A stretch of 64,000 bases of DNA. Source: Acidimicrobiia bacterium (lineage in GTDB: Bacteria; Actinomycetota; Acidimicrobiia; IMCC26256; PALSA-610). Below are positions 10,758 to 20,263 of this stretch, one piece after another. The stretch lies in NCBI GenBank assembly GCA_038238245.1, contig JBBRXX010000002.1:88907-152906 (forward strand). The letters are read 5' to 3'. A program made the translations under genes and the position numbers. Numbering within the stretch: the first letter of the stretch is position 1; each line of letters opens with the position of its first letter. The notes under the pieces were generated by a model, which was not told where the DNA came from, did no database searches, and was given only the letters and a program-made list of their open reading frames with translations.

Positions 10758-11866
10758 CCCCGCCGGTACGCTCACGCTCCGTGCATCCTGAGCGGCTCTT
10801 GCTGGGACCCGGCCCCTCGAACCCGTATCCCGAGGTCATGGAAGCGTTCCAGCGGCCGGTGCTCGGTCACCTGGACCCGGACTTCCTCGTCGTGCTCGAC
10901 GAGATCGGCGACGACCTGCGCACCGTGTTCCGTACGAACAACGAGCTGACGCTCCCGATCAGCGGCACCGGCAGCGCGGGCATGGAAGCGTGCTTCGTGA
11001 ACCTGGTCGAGCCCGGCGATGCCGCGATCATCGGCGTCAACGGGGTGTTCGGCGAGCGCATGTGCGACGTCGCGCGCCGCTGCGGCGCGGACGTCGTGCG
11101 CGTCGAGCAGCCGTGGGGCCGTGCGATCGATCCGGAGCAACTGCTGGACACGCAGCGCGCCTACCCGCACGCGCGTCTCGTCGCCGTGGTGCATGCCGAG
11201 ACCTCGACCGGCGTCGAGAGCGACATCGCGCCGCTCGCCGCGTTGCAACAGACCGACACACTGCTGCTCGTCGACTGCGTCACGTCGCTGGGCGGGATCC
11301 CGGTCGACGTCGACGCGTGGGGGGTCGACGCCGTGTACTCCGGCACGCAGAAGTGCCTCGGCGTCCCGCCCGGGCTCTCGCCGCTGAGCTTCTCGGCCCG
11401 CGCCGTGGAGCGGGTTCGTGCCCGTACCCGGCCCGCGCAGAGCTGGTACCTCGACCTGGCGCTGCTCGCGGACTACGTCGGTACCGCGCGGCGCTACCAC
11501 CACACCGCGCCGATCTCGATGCTGTATGCGTTGCATGCCGGCCTCGGTGTGCTGTTGGAGGAAGGTCTCGACGCGGCGCACGCACGGCACCGGCTCGCAG
11601 GCTCGCTGCTGCAGGACGCGCTTCCCGAGCTCGGCTTCCGCCCGTTCGCGCAGGAGCAGCCGCTCCCGCAGCTCACCAGCGTCTGGCTGCCCGAGGGCGT
11701 CGACGACGCCAAGATCCGCGCCGAGTTACGCACCCGGTACGACATCGAGGTCGGCAGTGGGCTCGGCGCGCTCGCGGGGAAGGGCTGGCGTATCGGCCTG
11801 ATGGGCCACTCGGCACGCGAGCGCTCGGTGGTCGCACTCCTCGGCGCGCTCCGCGCTCTGTTGTAG
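10754..11866 (+). CDS. class-V aminotransferase (alanine/serine-glyoxylate aminotransferase-like)
   Basis: 'LLLGPGPSNPYPEV' and the PLP-lysine motif 'YSGTQKCLGVPPGLSP'. GTG 10754 overlaps the ppx stop; GTG 10781 is an alternative start. Confidence 0.9.
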   Translation: MTPPVRSRSVHPERLLLGPGPSNPYPEVMEAFQRPVLGHLDPDFLVVLDEIGDDLRTVFRTNNELTLPISGTGSAGMEACFVNLVEPGDAAIIGVNGVFGERMCDVARRCGADVVRVEQPWGRAIDPEQLLDTQRAYPHARLVAVVHAETSTGVESDIAPLAALQQTDTLLLVDCVTSLGGIPVDVDAWGVDAVYSGTQKCLGVPPGLSPLSFSARAVERVRARTRPAQSWYLDLALLADYVGTARRYHHTAPISMLYALHAGLGVLLEEGLDAAHARHRLAGSLLQDALPELGFRPFAQEQPLPQLTSVWLPEGVDDAKIRAELRTRYDIEVGSGLGALAGKGWRIGLMGHSARERSVVALLGALRALL

Positions 11867-11875
11867 CCGAGGTCG

Positions 11876-12469
11876 TCAGGAAGCCGGCGGGACGAACAAC
11901 TGCTCGCGGTAGAAGCGCAGCTCCGCGATCGACTCGCGAACGTCGTCGAGCGCCCGGTGATGTTCTGCCTTGCCGGGCCGCTTGCGATAGATCGCCGGAT
12001 ACCAGCGGCGGCACAGCTCCTTCAACGACGACACGTCGACGCTGCGGTAATGGAGGTACGCGTCGAGCTCGCGCATGTACCGGTCGAGGAATCGGCGATC
12101 GACGCCGATGCTGTTGCCGCAGAGGGGTGCGGTGCCCGCGACGGGTACATGCGTGCGCACGTACTCGAGCACCTGCGCCTGCGCGTCCTCGACCGTGACG
12201 TCGGATTTCTCGATTGCGGGGAGCAGCGACGACTTGGTGTGCATGTTCCGAACGAAGTCGTCCATCCGGCTGAGCGCGTCTTCGTCGGCGTGGACGACGA
12301 GGTCGATGCCGTCGTCGAGCGGCGCGAGATCCGCGCCGGTGACGACGCACGCGATCTCGACGATCACGTGCTGCTCCACGTCGAGCCCGGTCATCTCCAG
12401 GTCGATCCACACGAGCGGTGCGTCTTCCGTTCGTGGTTCGACGCGCGGCGCCCCACGCTCCTCCGCCAT
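11876..12469 (-). CDS. orn: oligoribonuclease
   Basis: DEDDh exonuclease motifs 'LVWIDLEMTGLD', 'LCGNSIGVDRRFL' and 'HRALDDVRESIAELRFYR'. ATG 12469 (MAEERG...) was chosen over the longer ORF start at 12595. Confidence 0.92.
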   Translation of the reverse strand: MAEERGAPRVEPRTEDAPLVWIDLEMTGLDVEQHVIVEIACVVTGADLAPLDDGIDLVVHADEDALSRMDDFVRNMHTKSSLLPAIEKSDVTVEDAQAQVLEYVRTHVPVAGTAPLCGNSIGVDRRFLDRYMRELDAYLHYRSVDVSSLKELCRRWYPAIYRKRPGKAEHHRALDDVRESIAELRFYREQLFVPPAS

Positions 12470-12515
12470 GACCAGCACGCTATCCGGCCCGGCGGCACGG
12501 GTAGATTCGTGCCCA

Positions 12516-14450
12516 ATGTCCCCGGTGGTGTGGCGGCCCGACGAAACGTGGCTGCGCGAGAGCAACGTCGCTCGGTTCATGGCCGTGACCGGCATCGACG
12601 ACTTCCCGACGCTCGTGGATCGTTCGATTGCCGAGCCCGAGTGGTTCTGGGACGCCGTGGTCTCATTCCTGGGCCTGACGTTCGACGCGCCCTACACGAG
12701 CGTGCTCGACACCTCGGCCGGCGCGCCGTGGGCGACATGGTTCAACGGTGGGCGATGCAATGTCGCGACGATGTGTGTCGACGCCCGGACCGACGATCAG
12801 CCCGCGATCGTCTGGGAGGGCGAGGACGGCGAGACCCGCACGCTCACGGGCGAGGAGCTGCGCGTGTTGACCGATCGCATCGCGTCCGGGCTGCACGCGC
12901 GGGGCGTGCGGGAAGGCGACGCCGTCGGGCTGTTCTGCCCGATGATCCCCGAGACGGTTGCGGCGCTGTTCGCGATCGCCAAGCTCGGCGCGATGTTCCT
13001 GCCGATCTTCTCCGGCTACGGCCCGGACGCGGTTGCGATCCGTCTCGAAGATGCGCACGCGGTCGCGCTCGTGACGGCCGACGGCTTCACGCGGCGCGAC
13101 AAGGTCGTGACGATGAAGGAGACCGCCGACGCCGCCGTCGCGCAGGTCGACAGTGTGCACACCGTCGTCGTCGTGCCGCGCCTCGGACCCTCCCGCCGCG
13201 CGGCGGTGCCCATGACCTCGGGCCGCGATGTGTCGCTTGACGAGTTGTGCGCACTCGGTGCCGACCGCTTCGCCGCGCGCTCGGTCGACAGCGAACACCC
13301 GCTGTTCGTCGCGTACACGAGCGGCACCACTGGCCGGCCCAAGGGCGCCGTGCACGTGCACGGCGGCTTCACCGTGAAGGTCGCCGAGGAAGCTGCGTTC
13401 CAAACCGACCTGCGCCGCGGCGAGCGCCTCTTCTGGCTCTCCGACATCGGTTGGATCATGGGCCCGTGGGAGATCATCGGCACCCTTGCGAACGGTGGCA
13501 CGCTCGTCCTCTACGACGGCGCACCCGACCACCCGGACGTCGACCGGCTGTGGGCTTTCGTCGAACGGCATCGGGTGAACGTGCTCGGTGTGTCCCCGAC
13601 GCTCGTGCGCGCCTTGATGGCGCACGGCGACGATCCAGTCCGTGCGCACGACCTCTCGTCGTTACGCGTGCTCGCGTCGACGGGCGAACCGTGGAACGAG
13701 ACCCCGTGGCGCTGGTATTTCGACGTCGTCGGCGGCGGCCGCTGCCCGATCATCAACATCTCGGGCGGCACGGAGGTCGGCGCATGCTTCTTGTCGCCGC
13801 ACGTCGTGCAGCCGCTCTCGCCGTGCTCACTCGGCGGTCCCGCGCTCGGCATGGCGGTCGACGTCTTCGACGAGGCAGGGCGCTCGGTGCGCGGCGAGGT
13901 CGGAGAGCTCGTCTGCACCCGGCCGTGGCCCGGCATGACCCGCGGGCTGTACCACGATGCACAGCGCTACCTCGACACGTACTGGTCGCGCTATCCGAAC
14001 GTGTGGTGGCACGGCGACTTCGCGAGCGTGAGCGCCGACGGACAATGGTTCCTGCACGGCCGCTCCGATGACACGATCAAGCTCGCGGGCAAGCGCCTGG
14101 GTCCCGCCGAGGTCGAGACGGCCGTCGTCGCGCATCCCGGCGTCGTCGAAGCGGCCGCGGTCGGTGTGCCCGACGAGCTGAAGGGCGAGGCATTGTGGGT
14201 GTTCGTCGTCCCGGCGGCGGGGGTCGACCCCGATGACGCGCTGCGGCGCGCGATCGTGCAGTGTGTCGTCGACGCGCTCGGGCCGTCGTTCAAGCCCGCG
14301 CAGGTGCGCTTCACGAGCACGTTGCCCAAGACGCGCAGCGCCAAGGTGCTGCGCCGCGCGATTCGCGCGGTCGTCAGCGGTGAACCGCCGGGCGATCTCT
14401 CCGGTCTCGAAGACGCCGCGTCCCTCGACGCCATCGCCACTGCCACATGA
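12516..14450 (+). CDS. AMP-forming acyl-CoA synthetase (acetyl-CoA synthetase family)
   Basis: 'YTSGTTGRPKGAVH', 'STGEPWN', 'WWHGDFA', 'DDTIKLAGKRLGPAEVE' and 'LPKTRSAKVLRRAIR'. The start is ATG 12516 (MSPVVWRPDETW...); the upstream part of track ORF 12075.. is antisense to orn. Confidence 0.88.
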   Translation: MSPVVWRPDETWLRESNVARFMAVTGIDDFPTLVDRSIAEPEWFWDAVVSFLGLTFDAPYTSVLDTSAGAPWATWFNGGRCNVATMCVDARTDDQPAIVWEGEDGETRTLTGEELRVLTDRIASGLHARGVREGDAVGLFCPMIPETVAALFAIAKLGAMFLPIFSGYGPDAVAIRLEDAHAVALVTADGFTRRDKVVTMKETADAAVAQVDSVHTVVVVPRLGPSRRAAVPMTSGRDVSLDELCALGADRFAARSVDSEHPLFVAYTSGTTGRPKGAVHVHGGFTVKVAEEAAFQTDLRRGERLFWLSDIGWIMGPWEIIGTLANGGTLVLYDGAPDHPDVDRLWAFVERHRVNVLGVSPTLVRALMAHGDDPVRAHDLSSLRVLASTGEPWNETPWRWYFDVVGGGRCPIINISGGTEVGACFLSPHVVQPLSPCSLGGPALGMAVDVFDEAGRSVRGEVGELVCTRPWPGMTRGLYHDAQRYLDTYWSRYPNVWWHGDFASVSADGQWFLHGRSDDTIKLAGKRLGPAEVETAVVAHPGVVEAAAVGVPDELKGEALWVFVVPAAGVDPDDALRRAIVQCVVDALGPSFKPAQVRFTSTLPKTRSAKVLRRAIRAVVSGEPPGDLSGLEDAASLDAIATAT

Positions 14451-15049
14451 CCGAGCTGGTCGGTGGCCGGGTGATGCTGCGTCCGTTGCGCGTCGACGAC
14501 TGGGATGCATGGCGCGAGGTGCGCGTACGGTGTCGTGAGTGGCTCGAGCGATGGGAGCCGCGTCCCGAACCCGGAAGCGCCGACCCTGCACTCGAGCGCG
14601 AGGCGTTCCGCGCCCGCTGCGGTGCATGGGACCGGCAACGTCATTTCGACGCGGCGTACGGCTTCGGTTTGTTCCTCGTCGACGGACGGTTCGCGGGTGA
14701 GGTCAGCCTCGGCAGCGTCCAACGGGGCCCGTTCCAGATGGGCTACGTCGGTTATTGGATCGACGAGGCGCTCGCCGGTCACGGCTATGTGCCGGAAGGC
14801 GTCGTGCTGATGATGCGGCACGCGTTCGAAGCGTTGCAGCTGCACCGGCTCGAAGCGGCGATCGTGCCCCGCAACGAAGCCAGTCGCCGCGTCGCGCAGA
14901 AGCTCGACCTACGAGACGAAGGAACGGCGGTGAGGTTCTTGCAGATCCAAGGCGTCTACGAGGACCATGTGCGCTACGCGATCACCGCCGAGGAGTGGCG
15001 GGCGCGCGGCCACGAGCTGATCGAGCGCTTCGTCAGTCGCTCGCGGTAG
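14447..15049 (+). CDS. GNAT N-acetyltransferase (RimJ/RimL-like)
   Basis: The ATG overlaps the synthetase stop (ATGA). 'VMLRPLRVDDWDAW' and 'GYWIDEALAGHGYVPEGVVLMMRHAFEALQLHRLEAAIVPRNEASRRVAQKL' are typical of the Acetyltransf_3 family. Confidence 0.85.
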   Translation: MTELVGGRVMLRPLRVDDWDAWREVRVRCREWLERWEPRPEPGSADPALEREAFRARCGAWDRQRHFDAAYGFGLFLVDGRFAGEVSLGSVQRGPFQMGYVGYWIDEALAGHGYVPEGVVLMMRHAFEALQLHRLEAAIVPRNEASRRVAQKLDLRDEGTAVRFLQIQGVYEDHVRYAITAEEWRARGHELIERFVSRSR

Positions 15050-15851
15050 TGCCGCGCGGGCGATCCCGCTCGGCCGACTGGATCGCCGCCACCCATCCGC
15101 TCCGTGAGCGTCCCGGGCGTTTGACCGCCGACCCGTTCGGCGGCGCGACTGCGTCCGGCGCTGGTTCGGCAACGAGCTCGTCGACCAGTTGGTCGTTCAC
15201 CAGAGCCTCGTAGACCGGCGCGTCGACCGGCGCGGGGGCGACCGGTGCGAAGAAGCCGACTTCGTCGCCCGAGAGCTCGGCGCGCGCTTGCTCGTACAGC
15301 TCGTCGATGAGCGCTCGCACGTCGGGATCGAGTTCCTGGTGGACCGGTTGCGGCTGCGGTGCGGGGGGCGCCGGGGCGGGCGGAGCCGGTGCGAGTGCTG
15401 CCGGTTCGGGCTCCGGTTCCGGCTCGGGCATCGGCGCGTCCGGTACGAACAGCGCCTCGGGTACGAACAGCGCCTCGGGTACGACCAGCGGCTCCGGTAC
15501 GACCAGCGCCTCGGGCTCGGTGATCGTCGCCGGCACCTCGGTGTAGACATCGAGCGCCGCCACGGGCGTCGGGGCGGGAGTCTCGTCGCGGTCGAGCTCG
15601 TTGCGCGCGGTGGTCGGGAACCGACCATGCCACGCGACCGGCGGCATCTTGTTGCGGCCGCGCGTGTCGCCTTCGGCGTCCAGGCGGTCGAGCATCCAAC
15701 GGTCGACCGGCAGGAAGGACGTTCCCATGCGGGTGTCCTCGCCCAACACTCGGGGCCGCCGCCGCCGCAGGCTCTGGCCGCACGAGGGGCAGCGCCGCAC
15801 AGGTGCGTCCGGGAGAAGGCCGATGCACGTCGGACAGCGGAACGGTTCCAC
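15033..15851 (-). CDS. hypothetical zinc-ribbon protein with Pro/Glu/Ala-rich repetitive C-terminal half
   Basis: N-terminal CxxC-x11-CxxC ('FRCPTCIGLLPDAPVRRCPSCG'), then low-complexity 'PEALVVPEPLVVPEALFVPEALFVPDAPMPEPEPEPEP...APAPPAPAPPAPQPQP'. GTG start sits 6 nt after a near-consensus promoter. No family recognised. Confidence 0.6.
   Translation of the reverse strand: MEPFRCPTCIGLLPDAPVRRCPSCGQSLRRRRPRVLGEDTRMGTSFLPVDRWMLDRLDAEGDTRGRNKMPPVAWHGRFPTTARNELDRDETPAPTPVAALDVYTEVPATITEPEALVVPEPLVVPEALFVPEALFVPDAPMPEPEPEPEPAALAPAPPAPAPPAPQPQPVHQELDPDVRALIDELYEQARAELSGDEVGFFAPVAPAPVDAPVYEALVNDQLVDELVAEPAPDAVAPPNGSAVKRPGRSRSGWVAAIQSAERDRPRGTTASD
15442..15513. repeat. 4 x 18-bp in-frame tandem repeat inside the zinc-ribbon gene
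   Basis: ggtacgaacagcgcctcg occurs at 15442 and 15460 (identical), then ggtacgaccagcggctcc at 15478 and ggtacgaccagcgcctcg at 15496. These encode the hexapeptide repeat PEAL(F/V)V on the minus strand. Confidence 0.9.
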
Positions 15852-15857
15852 TGGCAG

Positions 15858-15888
15858 ATTCTAGCCTAATAGGGTCGGATACCGTCAA
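15858..15888 (-). promoter_or_regulatory. near-consensus promoter TTGACG-N19-TAGAAT, 6 nt upstream of the GTG of the zinc-ribbon gene (leaderless type)
   Basis: The minus strand reads caTTGACGgtatccgaccctattaggcTAGAATctgccaGTG. Confidence 0.55.
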
Positions 15889-15926
15889 TGGGATGAAGGC
15901 CGCGGGTGCCCGAATTCTCTTCCGGG

Positions 15927-16694
15927 TCACCGCCTCCGTTCCTGCCGGTGTTCCGGGGCCTTCCCGAACCAGCCTTGACCCAGCGACCAGGCCTGATGTG
16001 CGACCTCGGTGGCCACCGCCGCCTCGAAGTCGGGCTGCCAGGGGGCCCGGCGCAGCGTCGCCTTGGTCCGGCCGAGCAGCGCAATCGGCGCTCGGGCGGC
16101 ACCGGCTGCGAATGCCGCGGCGGCCGCCACCAACTCCTCGTCGGGATGCCACGACCATGCGAGCCCGATCTCGACGGCTCGAGGCCCTTCGACGACCGCC
16201 CCGAAGAGGACCATGGCGGCGGCCGATTGCGGTCCGACGGCTCGCTCGAGCATCCAGGTATGACCGCCGCCCGGGTGGAGGCCGATTTTGACGAAGCGGG
16301 TGTCGAAGCGGGCCGACGCGCCGGCGATGCGGACGTCGCACGCGAGCGCGAGATTGAAGCCCGCGCCGACGGCGGGACCGTTTACCGCCGCGACCGTCGG
16401 GAGCGGCGACCGCAGCACGCGCAGGAAGCCCTCGTAGATCGAGGTCACCGATCGCCGTTCGTCGTCGTTGGATGACTGCGCGAGCGCCCCGAGGCTCGAC
16501 ACGTCCGCGCCCGAGGAGAACGCGGGTGGCGCGCCCGTGACGACGACGGCCGCGGTCGTGCCGTCGCCCTCGAGGTCGTCGAACGTCGCGACGATCTCGT
16601 CGACCATCGGGGCGGTCATCGCATTGCGGCGGGCTTCGTCGACGAGCGTCACGACCGCCACCGCGTCGCGATGCTCGACCCTCACATGGTTCAT
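15927..16694 (-). CDS. enoyl-CoA hydratase/isomerase (crotonase) family protein
   Basis: Start 'MNHVRVEHRDAVAVVTLVDEARRNAM', oxyanion-hole region 'VVVTGAPPAFSSGADV', and 'VNGPAVGAGFNLALACD'. The longer ORF start at 17057 overlaps the upstream gene. Confidence 0.9.
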   Translation of the reverse strand: MNHVRVEHRDAVAVVTLVDEARRNAMTAPMVDEIVATFDDLEGDGTTAAVVVTGAPPAFSSGADVSSLGALAQSSNDDERRSVTSIYEGFLRVLRSPLPTVAAVNGPAVGAGFNLALACDVRIAGASARFDTRFVKIGLHPGGGHTWMLERAVGPQSAAAMVLFGAVVEGPRAVEIGLAWSWHPDEELVAAAAAFAAGAARAPIALLGRTKATLRRAPWQPDFEAAVATEVAHQAWSLGQGWFGKAPEHRQERRR

Positions 16695-16726
16695 AGCGGT
16701 GTCTCCGCTCTGCGCTACGGAGTGCT

Positions 16727-17761
16727 CTAGTCGGGTCGCACGACTGCGGGCGAGTGCCGGAAGAAGTCCTCGACGTCGCGGTCGAACCGATACGACGGGT
16801 GCTTGTCGCCGACCGTGGCCGCGAGCCGCAGCCCTTGTGCGAACGCTTCGACCGTTCCCGCGCTCGTGTACCCGTAGCGGAATCCCGCGCGCTTGTAACG
16901 CGAGTTGTCGATCTCCCGACCGAAACGCAGGAGTTGCAGTGCTTCGGCCGGCAAGTCCCAGAGCCGCAGCATGCGCGCGGGCTCGGCCGCGAGGGTCGTC
17001 AAGAAGAACGGCAGGGAGACCCGTGGCTTGCCGACGATCGCGCACGCCTCGCTCCACGGCAGGCTGCCGTCGCCCGCCACGTTGTAGACGCCCGGGATGT
17101 CGTTGATCGTTGCGTACATCAGCGCGCCGACGACGTCGTCCTCGTGCACGAATTGCACGCGTGGATCGAAGCCGAAGATCTCAGGGACCACGGGGCGGCG
17201 CAACGCCATTGCGAAGGGAGTGTCGATGTCGTCACCGAGCACGTTCGCGAATCGCTGCAGCGTCACGCCGACGTGCGGGTTGTCATCTGCGAAGTCGCGT
17301 ACGAACGCTTCGACCTCCAACAGCGAACGTTCGACGTTGGTGCGCGCCGGCCCGGTACGAGACATCTCCTCCCGGAAGACGTAGGGATCGGCGGCGTTCG
17401 CGCCGTATATAAGGGCGGAGCTCTTGAGCACGACCTTGCGCACCGGGCTCTGTGACGCACCTGCCGCCGCGAGCAGGTTCATCGTGCCAATGACGTTGAT
17501 CTCGTGCAGGCGGCGTCCGCTCACACGCGTCGAGTCGACGATGAGGTGCGTGTGCACGATCGTGTCGACCTGGGTGGCCCGGACGATGCGGGCGATGATC
17601 GAGTGCGTGGTGTCGGCGCGCACGAACTCGGTGCGTTCCAGCTCGACGCGCGGTTCGTGCGTGTCGAGACCGACGACGACTTCGACGTCGGGCCGGCGCT
17701 CGAGCGCCTGTGCGACGCGCCCACCCCAGTAGGTGGCCAGCCCGGTGACGAGGACGCGCAT
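16727..17761 (-). CDS. NAD-dependent epimerase/dehydratase (extended SDR) family protein
   Basis: N-terminal Rossmann 'MRVLVTGLATYWGGRV', plus 'TIVHTHL' and 'VLKSSALIYG'; 344 aa. Confidence 0.88.
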   Translation of the reverse strand: MRVLVTGLATYWGGRVAQALERRPDVEVVVGLDTHEPRVELERTEFVRADTTHSIIARIVRATQVDTIVHTHLIVDSTRVSGRRLHEINVIGTMNLLAAAGASQSPVRKVVLKSSALIYGANAADPYVFREEMSRTGPARTNVERSLLEVEAFVRDFADDNPHVGVTLQRFANVLGDDIDTPFAMALRRPVVPEIFGFDPRVQFVHEDDVVGALMYATINDIPGVYNVAGDGSLPWSEACAIVGKPRVSLPFFLTTLAAEPARMLRLWDLPAEALQLLRFGREIDNSRYKRAGFRYGYTSAGTVEAFAQGLRLAATVGDKHPSYRFDRDVEDFFRHSPAVVRPD

Positions 17762-17845
17762 GCGTCGTGCCCTATCTTCCGCTCTGCAGGGCCGCTCGGG
17801 CCCCGCCTCGATCGGCGCAGGGTACCTGCGCCGCGGATCCTCGGC

Positions 17846-18763
17846 TCATCCGAACCAGACCGAACGGCGTGTGCGCAACATGTCGTACAGCGCGTCCTGC
17901 ACTATGCGCCGGATGCGCTCGGTCTCTTCCATGACGCGGCTGCGCGAATACCGCTCCTGGTTGGCCGGCACGTCGAAGTAGACGGGCGGGAGCACGCGGA
18001 TCTTGAACTTCGCGGGCAGCGGCAGCGCCCAGCCGGCGGGTCCGAACACGAGCATGTTCGCAGTGATCGGAACGTACGGGACGCCCAGCGCCTTGGCGAG
18101 TCGATTGCTCTTGAACAGCACCGGCATCGCCTCCTCCGCGCCCATCACCGCGAGCGGGATCACCGGGACGCCGGCACGCATCGCGATCTCGACGAAGCCG
18201 CCTCGACCGAATCGCCGCAGCTGGTAGCGCTCGCCGTAGAGCTTGCCGGTCGCCTTGGTGCCTTCGGGGAACACGAGCACGAGCTGGTTTTCGTCGTGCA
18301 AGAGGCGATACGCGTTGTCGGGATGGGCCGCCACGCCGCCGCTGCGCGACCAGAGCGTGCCCACGACCGGCATCTTTCGAAAGAGATTCTCCGCGAGGCC
18401 GTACACCGGACGCCCGAGGTCCTTTTCGATCCCGTGCATGATCGACGGTGCGTCGGAGGGGATCGCGCCCGCGTGGTTGGAGATCAGCAGCGCTCCGCCC
18501 TCTTTGGGCAGCTGCTCGAAGCCTTCCCATTCGACGCGGAACCAGTGCGTGTAGAGGGGGTCGAAGATCCGTCGGGTCAGCTGGCGGAAGTGCTCGCTGC
18601 GGCCCCAACGGTCGACGTCGGAGCGGCGAATGTCCTCGGACGTCTGCTCGGGCCGCGCGACCGGGACGAGCTCACGGCCGGCGGTGGTGTCGACGTGGGT
18701 GAGGTCCAGGTCGGGATGCGTGGCCGCCGCGATCTCGACTGCGCGGTCGGGGGTGTCGGTCAC
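17846..18763 (-). CDS. lysophospholipid/1-acyl-sn-glycerol-3-phosphate acyltransferase family protein
   Basis: HX4D-type acyltransferase motif 'LLISNHAGAIPSD', plus 'LVLVFPEGTKATGK' and 'VPVIPLAVMGAEE'. Confidence 0.85.
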   Translation of the reverse strand: MTDTPDRAVEIAAATHPDLDLTHVDTTAGRELVPVARPEQTSEDIRRSDVDRWGRSEHFRQLTRRIFDPLYTHWFRVEWEGFEQLPKEGGALLISNHAGAIPSDAPSIMHGIEKDLGRPVYGLAENLFRKMPVVGTLWSRSGGVAAHPDNAYRLLHDENQLVLVFPEGTKATGKLYGERYQLRRFGRGGFVEIAMRAGVPVIPLAVMGAEEAMPVLFKSNRLAKALGVPYVPITANMLVFGPAGWALPLPAKFKIRVLPPVYFDVPANQERYSRSRVMEETERIRRIVQDALYDMLRTRRSVWFG

Positions 18764-18772
18764 CGGGCAAGC

Positions 18773-20110
18773 CTATGTAGCCGACACTCCCGTGACCAGC
18801 CATGCATCGCCGTGAAACCGGCGGCCCATCCCGTAGAGCCGGGCGAACATGAATAGGAACAGGGCGCCCCACAACGCGAGCAGCCCTGCGTCGGTCACCA
18901 ATACCAGCACGGCGAACGGCACGTAGCACGCCGTCGCCGCTGCCATCGCGAGCGCCAGGTACCGGACGTCGCCCGCACCGATCAGGATGCCGTCGAGCAC
19001 GAACACCATCGCGCCGAGCGGTTGCATGAGTGCGACGGCAACCAGCACGAGTCGCACCTCGTGCTGCACGGCCGGGTCGCGTGTGAACGTGATCGCGATC
19101 AGCGGATCGCAGACGAGCACGAGCAGCGCGCATGCGACCCCGACGATCACGCCCCACTGCATCATGCGGCGCGCCGCGGCGCGCGTTCCCGGCGCGTCGG
19201 ACGCCCCGAGCGAGCGGCCGACGATTGCCTGCCCGGCGATCGCGATCGCATCGAGGCACAGCGCAAGGAACCACCAGAGCTGCCACGCGATCTGGTGCGC
19301 GGCGATCTGCACGTCTCCGAGGCGGGACGCGATCGCAGTCGCGCTCGTGAAGGTGAGGAGGAGCGAGCCCGTACGGACGGTCAAGTGCGCGCCGACGACC
19401 GCGGCCGCGCGGACCTCCGAGAGATCTGGTCGAGCCGTCGCGTTCGACGCGCGCACATTGCGGTGCACGATGGCGACATAGGCGATCGCGACGCCGATCT
19501 GCGCGATCACGGTGCCCCACGCGGAACCCGCGATGCCGAGGTCCGCGCCGTACACGAGAAGGATCTCGAGCGCGAGGTTCACGACGTTGGCCACGATCGC
19601 GATCACGAGCGGGGTGCGGGTGTTCTGCAGGCCTCGGAGGTAGCCGGTGCCTGCAAGCGCGACCAGCATGAAGGGCGCGCCGAGCAGCGAGATACGCAGG
19701 TAGGTGAGCGCGTACGGGCGTACGCGCGCCGACGCGCCCATCACGTCGACGATCGGGCCCGCGAGCGTCAGCCCGAGCGCGGCCAGGCCGATGCCGAGCG
19801 CGAGCGCGAGCCACATGCCGGCCACGCCGTGCTGGGTCGCGCCGCGGCGGTCGCCGGCGCCGATCCGCCGCGCCACGGTCGCGGTCGCGCCGTATGCCAA
19901 GAAGTTGAAGATCCCGAACACAGCGGTCAGCACCGCGCCCGCCACGCCGAGGCCGCCCAGCGGCCGCGTCCCGAGGTGGCCAACGATCGCGGTGTCCGCA
20001 AGCACGTAGAGCGGCTCGGCCGCCAGCGCGCCGAACGCCGGGAGCGCCAGCCGCAGGATCTCCCTGTCGTGGGGGCCCGGCCTCGCCCACGATGGTCGCC
20101 TCACTCGCAC
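18773..20110 (-). CDS. MATE family efflux transporter (DinF-like)
   Basis: 445 aa and hydrophobic throughout (about 12 TM segments). 'ILRLALPAFGALAAEPLYVLADTAIVGHLG' is a typical MatE repeat start. GTG start. Confidence 0.9.
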   Translation of the reverse strand: MRVRRPSWARPGPHDREILRLALPAFGALAAEPLYVLADTAIVGHLGTRPLGGLGVAGAVLTAVFGIFNFLAYGATATVARRIGAGDRRGATQHGVAGMWLALALGIGLAALGLTLAGPIVDVMGASARVRPYALTYLRISLLGAPFMLVALAGTGYLRGLQNTRTPLVIAIVANVVNLALEILLVYGADLGIAGSAWGTVIAQIGVAIAYVAIVHRNVRASNATARPDLSEVRAAAVVGAHLTVRTGSLLLTFTSATAIASRLGDVQIAAHQIAWQLWWFLALCLDAIAIAGQAIVGRSLGASDAPGTRAAARRMMQWGVIVGVACALLVLVCDPLIAITFTRDPAVQHEVRLVLVAVALMQPLGAMVFVLDGILIGAGDVRYLALAMAAATACYVPFAVLVLVTDAGLLALWGALFLFMFARLYGMGRRFHGDAWLVTGVSAT

Positions 20111-20263
20111 GGCAGTCGCACGGCGCCGAGAGCGGAGCAGCCCGGAGGGTGCGAACCCAGCTGGCCGGGAGCATCAAATCCTCCGGCACGCGGCGAAGCC
20201 GCCGCTCGGAGGTGAGTCGCGACCCAGCAAGAGTGTCTCACCCGAGATATTGAATAGGACGCG

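Noticed and set aside
15442-15513. Tandem repeats (also 32421-32460) as a possible CRISPR array or minisatellite element
   Set aside because: The units are directly adjacent with no spacers, number only 4 and 2 copies, lie inside or at the start of genes, and no cas genes are present.
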